NCBI GenBank assembly: GCA_965235115.1
Contig: OZ249442.1
Location: 13,888,001 to 13,952,000, forward strand
DNA length: 64,000 nucleotides
Direction: 5' to 3'
Source: Laetmonice hystrix
Taxonomy: Eukaryota
A model generated the notes under the pieces. That model did not search any database. It saw only the letters and a program-made list of their open reading frames with translations, and was not told where the DNA came from. The translations under genes were made by a program, and so were the position numbers. Below are positions 50,773 through 64,000 of this stretch, one piece after another. Positions within the stretch are counted from its first letter, which is position 1. Each line of letters starts with the position of its first letter.

Positions 50773-53700
50773 ACAACTAACTATAATAGACACACCAACA
50801 ACAAATAAAGCCTCCCAATCCATAGACACGCATAAATACATAATGGAATGAGTTATTTTTGCAAATGAATTCATCGTTATTGTGTACCAGCCGGGTATGT
50901 TCTTTCACAGCGTCCCGGGGGAAACGCTATGTCAACCGTGCACGTGGGAACCGGCGGAAGAGGGAAGGGGGCATGGGGTATTTACCCACCATAACTTGAA
51001 TATTACATCCTCAGTACCGGACGAGACCGAAAATCTGTAAAGGTTGGGGGCGCTACTGAAGTTTGGAAGGGTACGTCTTAACTTTGAGGGCAACCTTTCC
51101 ACAAGTATACTGTCTACAGAGTGGATTAAGATGATCGAGAGACATCATGCAGTGATCGAAGGTGTTAACTGCCTCTAGGACAAACTTCCAACATGTTACA
51201 CCGAGTTGTTTTGGTAGAACCCACTGACAGCATTACATTTCCATTCCAAGGAGAGACTTCTCGACGACCGCGCGCCTGAAGTATGCGAGGTCCGTTCGGC
51301 CACTAGGTGGCGTGCGCTACGTTCTGACCAGAGACTGGTACGAGTAGTTGAACATCAGCCAGTTTGTGGTGGTTTCTCGTGTAACAATGCATGGATGTAT
51401 ACACCCATACTATCGTATTATACGTCCTAGATCTACAGATATGGGGGTTCTACAAAAGAGAGACAGAGTGTGATATATACAGCAGAATCAAAACGGTCAT
51501 GGGACTATTATAAGTAAACCCCTCGGTATCAGTTCGTGTCAGCTTACCAAGTTATGTCCCCCCACCCCCTCTGTCCCGAGTGCATTTAGGAAAACTTGCT
51601 ATACCTCCCGGTTCTCAATCCACAAAAATACAAACAGGGCAGAAATGTGCCAGTTTGGGAGCGAATCTTGCCGCAGTTCGATCGACTCTCACCAGGTGAC
51701 GCTCTTACAACGTTACAGCACCTTGCAAAGACGCGTTCGACGAGCGATCAATTTGACAATGATCGCCTCTGATCAGACTGCGAGTCGACCGCTGGATTCA
51801 GAAAGTGTCCTTGCTCCGCCTGGCTGCCTCTCAGACTGATTCTGCATTGACGTTGCCGAAAAGCCTTCCGAGCGACTTAACGCTTATGAAAACCTGACGA
51901 GATTCTGCCTAACTTTTTAACGTAATCAGTGTCTGAATGACGCGCACTAACGCAGACGACACCAGGCGAGGCATCCAAGCGTAACGTCAACGGAGAGAAA
52001 CTGAAAGCAGAGCTCCTTACTGGAGGTGATTTCTAGGAAGTCGAGGTCACGGGTCAGTCACGTGACCAGCAAACGCTACGTGAGGTGTACGGTTGTTGGG
52101 ATGTGCTGGATGCTGGGAATGTTGGCAAACCGAATTATAGCCAAGACGCGGTTCCTCCGGATAGAAGTGTGGGTGTTCTTTTCAAATCGTCCTTTTATTT
52201 GGAACCTCAGGCTAATTACCCGAGGACGCATGGCTGGCATATGGCATGTCGCAAGACCTCCAGGCCATAGGCGGAAGTCAGTGTAAGAAACTGCAGCTGG
52301 CTACACACACAGTACCACACATCTGCGTTCTTTTTCTTATCTTAGATAAGGCGCGTCCTTTACCAGTACGGTCACTCACGTCTTATCAAATTGAGTTGCC
52401 ATGATTTCATTGATTACATGTTGTCGTCACGTTGTCTGAAGTCACATTGTGGACAAGTATAACCGGTGCATGGTTGACGAAAAATAGATTTTTCAATTGT
52501 TTCTCTAGATATTACTTAAGTGCCATATAAATATAGTAAGTCAAATATAATGCAAGTATAAAATATATAAGCAACCCCTAGTCAATCAAGAAACGAGGAA
52601 ACATTGAACTGTAGGGAAAATAGTGTTTACCTATGAATTCATGCCCGCGTTATACCCTATAGTCTAAAGGAGGAAATTCATTTTCCTTGTCACTCTGCTT
52701 CCTTTCCTTCTTCTTCTCCTTTCCAGCCAAAAGAAGACAATAACTAAGATTGTATTTCTTTCTTTGATATTGAAAGATTGGCCGACGTAGCCGACCGACG
52801 CGCCACCTAGCGACTCACGATGCAGCACGTCACGGCACCCACTATACTGCCGTTTTTTTCTGCCTCATTATGTCGCGGACGTGATGACCAGTCTGAGGTC
52901 AGCGCTTGACCGCCACAAGTGGTCACCTTGTGTCCGGTGTCCGTGAGGCAAAAAGATCAGGGGATGGCATCGGAGTGGCTTTGATATCATTAATGTCACA
53001 TTATATACGATCATAATACAATGGGAAAACGTCGCTCTCCTGGAGCGGAGTACAGATAACAATATGGCAGACGATGCCAACAATAAACAGTAGCAAACCG
53101 TGCCCTATGACGTCATTGTATTAATGAATTAATCCACTGGCTAGGGTTGGTCTTAACGTGGCAGTCGGTCAGAGACAGGGAGGGGGCGGAGGCTGAATGT
53201 TGGTTAGTTTTGAGGTGTACATAATAAGCGATTCATGATAAAATTGTAAGAATTATTGAAGGCTGATATGATGTCATGTAATGTTTGCGTCAGACGTGCT
53301 CATGTCCGATGTGACCTGGGCACTTATTAATGGAACCTGTTCATGTTTCGGCCCACGCTGCGAGACCTGCAGCGCGGACAGAGATGGCGGAATTTTATAT
53401 GAAACGTATAGGCCTACTTCTTGACAGTGTTCACTTTTACCTCACTTTCAGCTCACATTTATGTAACTATATTGAAATACTGTTCATCAATCAAGTTGAA
53501 TGCTATAATATATGCTATTAATTTATCGGCATTACTTTCGCCAATCCTCTAAAATCATTGAGTTAGTCCACGTCGTATTTTCGTTGGGTGCCTCGAACTG
53601 ATGTTGAAATGATAAACTCGGCGCTACTGACTTTAAATAAAACAAAGTGTTATTCGTCAAATTCCTTTCATTCCCAATTTTAATTTACAGTGATTCTTAC

Positions 53701-56700
53701 TGCAACATCCGAGTCTCTACATCAAACAAAAGATGTTCCTTAAAAACTATGTATGTGGTTGGCATGAGTCAGTCACCTTAAGAAGATATACTCCCATGTA
53801 CCTCATTAGAAAGACAAGTGTATTGTTCTATGACTCTCTGACGCATAAATTTCCCATTTCATTGCTTCCGGAGGGTGCATATTTCAACTTTTGTATGAAG
53901 GTGTCGACGAAAGCCAGCCACCGGGCCTGACTCGACAAAGGCACCGCCTGCCTACAGCACAGCGCCCTCTAGCGCCGGTCGAACAGACTTGGTGCCATAG
54001 TCGGGTGGCACCTGTTCACGAAAAGATCTTTTTACTATGCAAAATATGTGCATACCCTTCCAGAAAATCAGAAAATACCTTCAATTAACAATTGTCGCCC
54101 GCGCACAGACAACAGGTTTTATTCTCGTGTAGATCGTTAGACAATACTCGAGTCGTGCATAGATATATGGTATATAGCATTTCTCCCACGGCCTCGGTGA
54201 CATTTTTGACGAGCCTATACCTGCTGTCACCTAGATCTCCCGCCTACGTTGTGAAAATCACTTGCAATCATGCAATTCACACAAGATGCATGTACGTTAG
54301 CATGTATGATGCTAAGTCTGGTATATATCAGACCATTATATGTCCTTATACAATGCTGCCCACGTGTGTTATTGGCTATTACGCTGTTAGGTTGTAGAGA
54401 ACAAATGATGCTAATTTATGGAACGCATTTAAAGGAAATGGCAACTTAGGTATAGAGTCATTTCAGTCGTACATACAGCACCAGAAGAGAAGGACAATTA
54501 GTCCAAGAAGTGTCATGGTATTTCCTCATGTACTGATTGGAACGTTCGTGTATACCTTTAATTATATCAGTCTGTTTTAATAAGTGATATGTCTGTCGTT
54601 TTCATGTGGACAAAATGGATTGTCTCATTGGTAAAAACAAAGGATAGAGAGAGACAGGGTGTTGCCATTGTATTGTCAACAAGTTGAGTACATGTCCATA
54701 GCTCACCTTCCTACTGGGACGCCAATAACATTGTCGTGTGGGTACATCACGCCTCGTGTGACCAGGCGTCCCAGAGAAGTAACCAGTCAGGTATTGTCTA
54801 CACGGGACAATGTCCTCGTGGTGTAGCTTTGCTTTGTTCTCTGTCAGTCCTTCGTTTAAAGATATTATGGATGACAGTTCAATTAAAGGGCCCGTACCGA
54901 TAGACCACGTAGGGGATGGCCGTCTGTGTGAAAGGCGACGTTGGCACAGACCTGCAGGTTGCTATACAAGTTACCTAACGCCATGCCTGACTACCTATCC
55001 TTCTCTTTGATGGCCACGGCTCCTTAAAATTTGGCCGCTGCCCGAATGTGGCGCTGCGGACGTTCGGCCTAACTCGGGAATGTTCGGTGAAGCGGCGTGA
55101 ACGCTTGAAACATCCAATTAGCGGTATCGATTGAAACTACGTCGGGACCTGACTGAGATGTGGGTCTATAATGTTTGCTCGTCTATATCAAACCGTCCAC
55201 AATTTTAAGATGTTTATCACCGTCTCTTCAAAGATTATGATTGAGTCCAGCGGCGAAACGTTCACCGAGAAATCGACAGCCGCAGGCTCCTGTATGGCCT
55301 TGATTTGACGAGTGTTTTTTTCCGGGGGCAAGTAACCCCTGGACTTTTTGTAAAGTACTTTACACGCCCTACGCTCATTTATCTACTCCTCAGTACCAGA
55401 AGTCGACCTTGCACTTCATTGGTCTCAAGCCAAGTAGCGAAATAAGTAAATTTTATCATGAAAGAGAGTTGCATACACACTGCTGGCACGGCGCCCGCTA
55501 GGTAAAGGTGATAAAGACAAGCCGACATTGTATCATTTCTCTACTGTATATCTGGGATAATATCTACACCAGCTGAACATATAGGCCTACGCCTGGGTGC
55601 CAGACAAGTTGGTCTCCTGCTTTTATCTTCCTGAGGCAAGGTGAGCGAACTTGAGAACGGCGTTTGGATGATAGAAGTGATTTTGAAACATTCCCAAAAC
55701 AAACAGAAGCGTTTCCAACCACATGGAATATGTGAAGAAAAGTCAACGTACAAAAAACAATTATATTTGTCCTTTCCTAGATGTTAGATATTATACATGT
55801 AGCGGGTATAATGAACCGCTCATAAGAGTTGTGTGACAAAAAAAACGGTGTGAAGTTCAAAGAAATTGTTCCTTTTTGGCCCGATCTTGGAACCTATCAT
55901 GTAGACATTAACCCAAACAAACACTTTAATATACAACATTTGGTGTAGAGTGACCGATTTCCAAATATTGGTCTCGCATGGCTTAATGCACACACCACTA
56001 TACTCTTTGGTCTAGACTTATACTCCGCAACATATGCCCTTACATGTTTTCATGTCGTTAACTTCACGTTCAACAAGTCCTCAAGAAATTATAGGCCCCC
56101 TCCCCAATGCTATAAAGATATAGTCCTATCTCATTCTGTTGCATAAAAGATGAAGCATTATTTCTATAAGCCCACATGCTCTCTGTTTGCGCGAATTTTA
56201 TCAGAACACTCAATATACATTTGCATGACTGCCTCTCAGCAATATTCTACCATATCGTACAAAAACAGGACGCCCCCTGGCGGGCGGCTGACGCGGGGCA
56301 CGAACATCCGAGCGGGGATTATTTGCCGCTACACGTGTTTCGACTCGGACAATGCCGCAGAGATGCCGACAGACACAAGCAGGCGTTCGTTTTCATTGGC
56401 CACCGAGTCATCTTGCTGGGCAAGCACAGACGGGACCACTTAGTCGGAAAATTGCACGCTTGCGTCCCGTTGCCTACACCTGTGTTAGTCCGAGGTTAAA
56501 AAGCCAGGCCCTCTTTGAAGCCGTAAGGAAGCCGCGCCGCGATTATTCTACATGAGAGCGTTTAGACGAAATCGCACGACAAACCACTCACGTTTAAATT
56601 CCCTGTTTCGTTATCTAAACCCTGTAGGTCTATCTATTCATGTCTTAATTTCACGGGGGGATCAATTTGCGCTGAGCGGAAAAGAGGGCGGTGTGTGGGT

Positions 56701-59700
56701 GAGGTGGTGTTGTTCAAGGCCGGGGGGGGGGGGGGTCTTAGTGATTTATGGAATATCGTGACTGTGTCGTATGGGCTTCGATCAGGGAAGGGTACCCAAA
56801 TGCTTCGTGACCAGTACAATACGTAAAAGACAATGTGCAGGTTTTGTGACGAGCGTTTGTGAACTTGATGCCGATTTGCCTCGAAGGCGGCACAATGGAA
56901 ACATGTGACTACCTTTCGCGACGCCGCGTCTAAGAGATGTTGAAGTCCGATAAGAGATCTGCACGTTATGTCGACGACATTCAGGTGCCGCGCTCCAATA
57001 TCTCCGACCGAAAGGAATATCAGTCCGGTCACTAAGCGTGTGACACCGCCCACAATGTCGGCACGCAGATTTCCCCCTCCAATAGTATCATTGTTCGCTT
57101 TCCAAAACGATTGCTGAGATCGTTTTCAGAATCGATTTTCACTGAAGTGGACGCCCGTCGAGCATCCTGCAGTTTAGTCGGCGATACTCTACAAAGACCA
57201 CGAACACACCGTAAAGAAAGGCATAAGACGGACCCGACGGGCGAATGGCCAAAAGGAACGTGTACTTTAAATACGTATTCATCAATTAGGCTCTGGGCGC
57301 TGCGCAATGGCAGACAGGTGCCTGGATCGTCGTCATCTGTTCCTTGCCGGCGTGCACGCTTCATTTAACTAATTTCCTTGAAATCCCTCCAGAATGGGAC
57401 ACTCCGCGACCAATTAGTGAATTCCGAGTGCTTGGCAGACGACTTTTTCCCTGTGAAGGAGCGGTCAATGGCGTCGCACAGGGTGCCACGAAAAGACGCC
57501 GTAACGCGGAGCCCTGGCAGTTCAAACAAGGACAGAAAAATGCGCCGAATTCAATGACTTCCCTAGGACGACTCCGTGAAGAACGGCCGTTTGAGACGAG
57601 TAAATATAAGTTTGAAAGGAGTGTGCGTTAGCATGCTGTGTATACGTGTATACAACAGGGAGATATAGGCAAATAATGCCATGGCGTCTTCAGCCTACAC
57701 ACGGGCACTGGCACTATGTACACTCACCCACTCTATCACAGGTGGTTTACCATCTCACACGTCAACACATTCAGGTGTTGGTAAATAGAAGCACGCACAT
57801 GCCTGCTCGCTAGGTTCAGGAGAAGGTTAAAGTCCTATACCTCCCTGCTGGACGTCTAGGGACCCATCCGAGACAAAAACTGCCACGTGGCATAATTCCC
57901 ATAATGTCCCTATAATTCACATAATCATTGAGGGTATATGTACGTTTAGCACGCACGTCACGCTTCACGCTCTGAAGTTCTGCACACGAGCGCGACACCA
58001 ACCGCTATATCTACCTTCATGATCGGTTCTATAGCTTACATGGGAGGCACATACATAGAACGGATCAAAGATCACAAACGGTTACCAAGAAAATATGACC
58101 TGAACGCATTCAAATTGCACATGATGATGTTAAATCAAGCGTTCACACCTTCCCCGACCAAACTCATTGCCATCTTCTACTGTAAGGAACATTAGTTTTA
58201 CCCATTTGCGTTCTGCACGTTTCTTTGTACCTCGTCATTTGGCTTAATGGTCAGCATCTAGAGGTCAGCCCCAGTCTCAGCGTCTCACTGGGCGTCTGAT
58301 CTGAGGTCATCCTGGGATTGAAGGGCGGGTTGTGTCCACCTTATGAAGAGGTCAATGGGGCTGGATTCCCAATGTTCCATGACATTGTGCACGATATGCC
58401 CACCGTCCCGCAATGCCTAGTCTCCACCTTCAGTCATTGTCCAACACCCAGTCAACCGTCCTCTTAGGTCCTTACCGATTCCGTCCAGTTGACCGGTCAG
58501 AGTGCCCCCCACCACTTGAAACGTACCACAATTAAGTGCCCTCAATTAGTTTCTCCGGAGTTCTTGGGATCCCTTCGCCGGCCCAAGATGCCTCTTACCT
58601 TTCTCGGGGTATAAGTATTCTCAATTCAAAGCACTTTTTATCAATAGGAAATCCCACCACAAGGCAATATTCTTCCTCTGTGGAGTTAATTCCCCTGAGT
58701 GTACCCTTGGGACTCCCACAGAGAGGGGGAATTCCATGGCGATTGATACGATTCAGGCAGACTTGGTATTGACACGTTTCCCCAGGATTGCTACATTCAG
58801 CTTTGCTAGCGCTTGGAGCGAGGAGGCAAACCGTGACAATACAACGGGTTGTCGTATGTGTACATTAGCCGGCTCATAGGGTCGGACTTTTGTCGTGTTA
58901 TGGAGGTCTGTGGGAGAGTATCCGTCTGCCTTGCCCCGCGGGGGTCCAGCGAGGGAGTTCCCGCTAGGGGTCCGTATACCACCCTGACATGGATTGTATA
59001 GAACCCGGACCGTCTGTCACGGGCCCCCCTGCCGACCTAAACGTTCGGGTCGCTCTCCGGCATCGCTCGGCGGACATCCCCGACTCTCGGTGTGCCAATC
59101 ATGTTGTTAGAGTTCCACAAGGAAGGACACGACATTGATGACAGTAATCGGCACCCAATAATGGAAGAGTTGTAGACGGCCAATTGACGGCCGGAGAAGA
59201 GTAGGTTATCTCTATTGAACACTACTGGCAGAGACAGAGGAACCCAAGAGATCAATACATTATTGCACTTCGCGTTCGCAGGGCCAAAGCCTTTCCATCA
59301 TCTAAGATTTTATTCTAGAAATGGCCAGGACTAAGGTATATGTCTATATATTATTACATCCTGGTATCTCTATGAACCGTATAAAAGGTCCTCTGTCTGT
59401 GATAACACATCACGGAGCGTGACGGAACTGTAAGCCCTACTCCAGTGTGTAACTTCTGTCACCATGACATGCCCTTTGACTAAACCTTGCCAATTATACT
59501 GTCAATAAAAGATAGGCTATATACAAAAGTATGAAGGGAGGGAAAAGGAACACGCGTGTGTTAATAGTCTAGTAAACACCCAGCTATATAGGCCTTGTAT
59601 AGCATATCAACTACTTGGATCTGATGGTCTAATAACATAATTGTCTAACCTTCAAATCTCCCTATATCCAAACGCCATCCAGGCGTATAGGCCTGTGTAG

Positions 59701-61696
59701 GACGTTGCTATGAATTCTGGAAATAAAAGTGCTAAATTGATTTATAAACCTAATTGCTTGATGATCCCCACGCTGAATTGCTTGTATTGGTAGAGATTTG
59801 GACGTCCATACTGATGATCCCCACGCTGAATGCGCACAGGTACTCGGCGTGTGGTCCAGCATCAGAATTCACCAACCTGCTGGTCATGGTGTTTAAAGTT
59901 TAAATCCCCGTGTTTGTTGGGTTCGTTTGCACCCTACCCTACACCCCACTGACCCAAGGGCCAAGGCTCGGGTCATGGACCCCGGGGTCAGCAGCTTTAG
60001 CTACCTGGATGACCCGAGCCACCCCTATGACGGCTGGGTCTATGCCCCACCCTCAGTCAGAGGCATGCATGGACACTAGTCGGCCAAGCATTGGTGAAGT
60101 AAATTTAAAAGCATTGTTAGGACCTACATTAACTGTATAGACTAACTCTAGTTTTATTCTTGCTATCCGTATACGTGCGCTGTCCGCCACTCGCATGACA
60201 CCAACATTTTTACAACCTCACCAAATCGTCCCTGAAATCTTTACACTCCGAAATCTTCCCCTAATGTTATCTCACTTTTTCCTGTTCATCTCTGCGGTTT
60301 AGTCTGACACGTGAACTCGCGCAGGGGCGTCGCACTTGCGTTCGAATTAATTGCGCCAAATCCTGCCGGCAGGTGTCGTGTCAGTTTCATTAATATCGTC
60401 TGCTCGCGTCAAGATATGACGGAGTCGCAGCGAAATGTGTTCCCCGCAGACGCCCTGTGTGACATGTTGTCTAATTAAGGGTCGCTGTGGCGTTCGATGT
60501 GGTCCGGGGTTTGGCTTCACTGGCAGTAAAAGACTAACAGCAACAGGTGGCCGTTTCGTGTCAATCACTTGTTACAGTTTCCGATTCGCGTGCCATTTTT
60601 TGATGGCCCTTAAAGTTTGGCCATTAGGTACTCGAGGTGGACCAGGCTAAAAATACCGTGGTCTGCCACAAACGTTCATCTACCATCGGCCCCGGTTATT
60701 ATCCCGAAAAGAACAACGTGGTATAACTGTAGGTCATTTCGTTGGATTCCATCCTCAACAAGGGTCTTTTTGTCTCAGCCTGAAGCTATATAGACGTCCC
60801 TATTATAAAGCAAATGACATTTTCACCTGAAATAGAGTCTAAGTAGCCTTGACATAGTTGGTAGGCTCATCAGTGTGTGGATTGCTTGAATTTTTATGTA
60901 GGCAGGTATGTTGCTGAGGTACCTTATGAAATTACCATTTGCACTGAGCGCGGCGTACCATAACATGCAAGGTCTGAAAAATGTTTTACAACAGGAATCC
61001 TTTTCTAAGTCTACCCGAATTACACATCATTAGAATTCCGATAATTCAGCAAGAAGTGCTTTTCAGTTGTGACTTTGGAGTGGTGCAGGTATTTAAGTGA
61101 AAAAAGCTCTGACTTATTCATAGTGCTCCGATGCATAGTTCACTAACTGGTACCGTTTCCTTAACATAAAAATGAAATTTATAATGCCAAGTTTTCTGAT
61201 TAAAATGTTCAGGACATTAAACAGTTTTGCATATTATCCATAAAACAAAGGAACATATTCAGGAAAATTAACGTGTATAGGGAATAAGGTGTTTGGAGAA
61301 TGTCACAGTCTGGGACTGGCCTTATGGTCGGAATGTGTGTACATTTTGTATATATAGGCAGAGCTACATCTATTGTTAGGTCTATCAGTGTTATACAGTA
61401 TGAGATACTGCATCTTGTCATCATTGGGTTCTAACGTGGAATGGTCGACCAAGAGATGTTAGAAGGTTTTAATTTGTTACTGACCAGATGTCACTGTATA
61501 ACTTGTAGAATAGTATGTGTATATAAATGTATATGAATGAACGATTACAGGAGTTTGAAGTGGTGACGTATATCAACATTATAACGGGACGGTTTCGCTC
61601 TCTGACAATTGAAACGAGGGGCGACCCCCGCCACCAGGGGACAAACAGGGAACCGGCGACAGGTGCAGGTCGAGACGTCGTCACCTCAACCAGAAC

Positions 61697-61757
61697 TCCA
61701 CCACCACCACCACCAACAACAACAACCACCACCACCACCACCACCAACATCAACCAA
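61697..61757. repeat. (CCA)n/(CAA)n compound trinucleotide microsatellite
   Basis: Direct reading. Confidence 0.9.
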
Positions 61758-64000
61758 CATGTGCACATGCTAACATTTAGATCTTCTTCACCCTTTGTTG
61801 GTAATGAACAACAGACCCCTACCCCCAAGACCGCCGCAGCACAGTCTATAGGAGCTCAAGCCAAGTACCCCCATTTTCCTTTTCTCATTAGTTTTATTTG
61901 GCCATTGTCCAGAAAACATCAGATCATCTTCAGTGAAGCGATTGGGGACACAATTCGCAACCTATGGTACCACACACTTCACTGACACTCAGCGGATTCT
62001 ATACCGAACGGTCCAACATAAACATATAGACAGCCTCATGACAAACTACTTTTGGGCTTTGTTATGAACATTCATAAGAGATAATTTCGCCCTGTTAGAC
62101 CAGCAGTAACTAAAATGACCAGGAAACTTTCTGCTTTGTTCAGAATTCCATTCAAGTTCGCTCTCCCAAAATAGCAATGGAAATCTATTTTTTAAACGCC
62201 CCCAGATCCTATCTCCTGACTCCTAACGAGACATGTCTTATGTTGTTTCATTTAGAAAATTATAATAATAAGGTGTAAAACTGGAGAGTGTAAACGTCAA
62301 GTCTAAATGTTGCTTCCGATAGCTGACAGCGGAAGCCACCGCCAGTCGTGTTTGAAGCGACACCTGGCGGTATTTTGTCGATCAATCACAAAAGGTCACT
62401 CCAACAGAGGTAACCATCTTGCTATCTAAATCCACCGTTCAACCTAATACATATACGTAGGTATAATATAACTGTTCATGTGTGGCCTACCTATAATTAC
62501 AGCTGTGGAATAGGAATCTCGGTTTAAAAGCCTGTTAAGCCTAGCCCCAAACATCCGACCACTCCAAGAGGTCCACCCAACCATGTAGTACACGTTGACA
62601 TTATCTTAATCCCCATACAGTTCATTCAACCTTCTCTACTGGCAAATTTTACGGTCTCTGACTGACTGACGACAATGTCTTGAATGGAATCTCGTACAGA
62701 TACCGTCACACGGGATACTGTGAGAACTCGCGAGATTTCGTGTCCGGCGTCCTCTAGCCGCGGGCTGTATACAATGGGGAGAATATTAGCTTCTCGGTAA
62801 CAATAGCAGCCTGCTGAACAACAAACAGATCTAACGGCAGATATCTATTGTTGTGGCCAGACCCTGACATATGATGCGGTTAGGGTTCTGTCAACAATCG
62901 AACACCTAGTTATAAATCGGCAGAAAATCCATTGAAAAGGACGTGTTCAATGTTCATGGGAGTATAAAGAGAAGGAAATTGGTAGTATACTGCTTGTCTT
63001 TGGTAGTACATGTACATGTATTCTCACACTCTCCGTTTTAACAGAAATATTACACCTTCCGATATTCCGCTTCAATATCTTTATACCTCCTCTTGTATAG
63101 ACAGGAAAAGTATAGTTTGCATAATTTACTTTAATAAGGCACTGAGCTATAGGCAACCTTGGGTTTGTCGATTGCAGATCAAAATAGACGGCCTTATGTA
63201 GTTTCACGACTTTCTCGATAGACACCCATTTCATGAATCGAGTTTCTAAATATGTGTTTATCTATTGTTGTAGCCAGAGCCTGACATATTTACTTCAATA
63301 AGTCGTGGCAACAAGTCGTCACAATATCAGGAACGCCACCAACTATATACCAGTAAATATACACCTCATGTTATGTTCAGAAGTGTCGACGATCCGAAGG
63401 GAAGTTTGGGTTAATTAAGCAGATACCCTCGGGTTGTAAGTCAGGGCTATTTTAACCCGAGATTATAGTTGTGCACATAAATAACACTGATTGTTCTGTA
63501 AGTGCTTAATTGCCCGATCTCCTCATGGTTAACAAGATTACCGGAGGCAAAAAGGAAACTAATGAAGATGCTTCTTTCCGGAACCTTGGCTGGACAGTAT
63601 GGCTATTGCGAAACTTGGAAAGAGTTCGTCCAAGCGCATGTGCAAAAAGCCAAGAAATACTACCTTGGTCCTCACTGATATCCATTGTCTACCGAGTGGT
63701 TTGAAATACGATGCCATGCAGTGGTCACACCTCAATATTATCATTAATAACGAAGGTTAACATATCATAGGAAGAGCATCTAAAAGATATACGAGTATCC
63801 TTACATGATACTGGACTTTGATTTATTGAGCTGACCATTCCCATGCCGTCAGGTTTAGAGTGATGACGAACACCAAAGCTCATAAACTATACTTCCGAAA
63901 CATTGAGAGGGTTGGTTAAAACACCTGCTGTTCCTTTGAATCCTAATCCCAAACTTGTAATTCGCATTGCGACAACCTGGTTTCTTTTTTTGAGAAGGGG

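Noticed and set aside
58280-58440. DIRS-like retroelement remnant (minus-strand HWESSPIDLF)
   Set aside because: Only one weak motif; no RT, RNase H or recombinase motifs nearby.
62843-63289. LTR pair (30-bp direct repeats at 62843 and 63260)
   Set aside because: Too short, no TG...CA ends, PBS or PPT; likely a local duplication.

Overview
Animal (bilaterian, probably invertebrate) genomic DNA; nothing prokaryotic. The only protein-coding genes I can support are two tandem, same-strand (minus) Snail-family zinc-finger transcription factors about 22 kb apart: snail-a (exons 21674-21536 and 18687-17285, 513 aa) and snail-b (exons 48596-48371 and 45015-43616, 541 aa). Each has an N-terminal SNAG motif (MPRAFL[I/V]K), one phase-1 GT-AG intron and five C-terminal zinc fingers. 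The rest is non-coding: many unrelated minisatellites (which explain nearly all other long ORFs), microsatellites, a few MITE/SINE-like elements, motif-rich candidate enhancers and one 148-N gap. Most notable observations: (1) a sharply bounded 233-bp tract of near-identity between the paralogs' zinc-finger codons, flanked by synonymously saturated fingers, suggesting gene conversion; (2) a near-fully complementary miR-31 site in the snail-a 3' UTR, plus miR-8/200-family seed sites in both UTRs; (3) CTCF-like motifs whose orientation flips between the two genes; (4) clusters of Snail E-boxes, TCF sites and an inverted octamer pair upstream of snail-a. All counts are by hand and miRNA sequences are recalled from memory, so both need computational confirmation.
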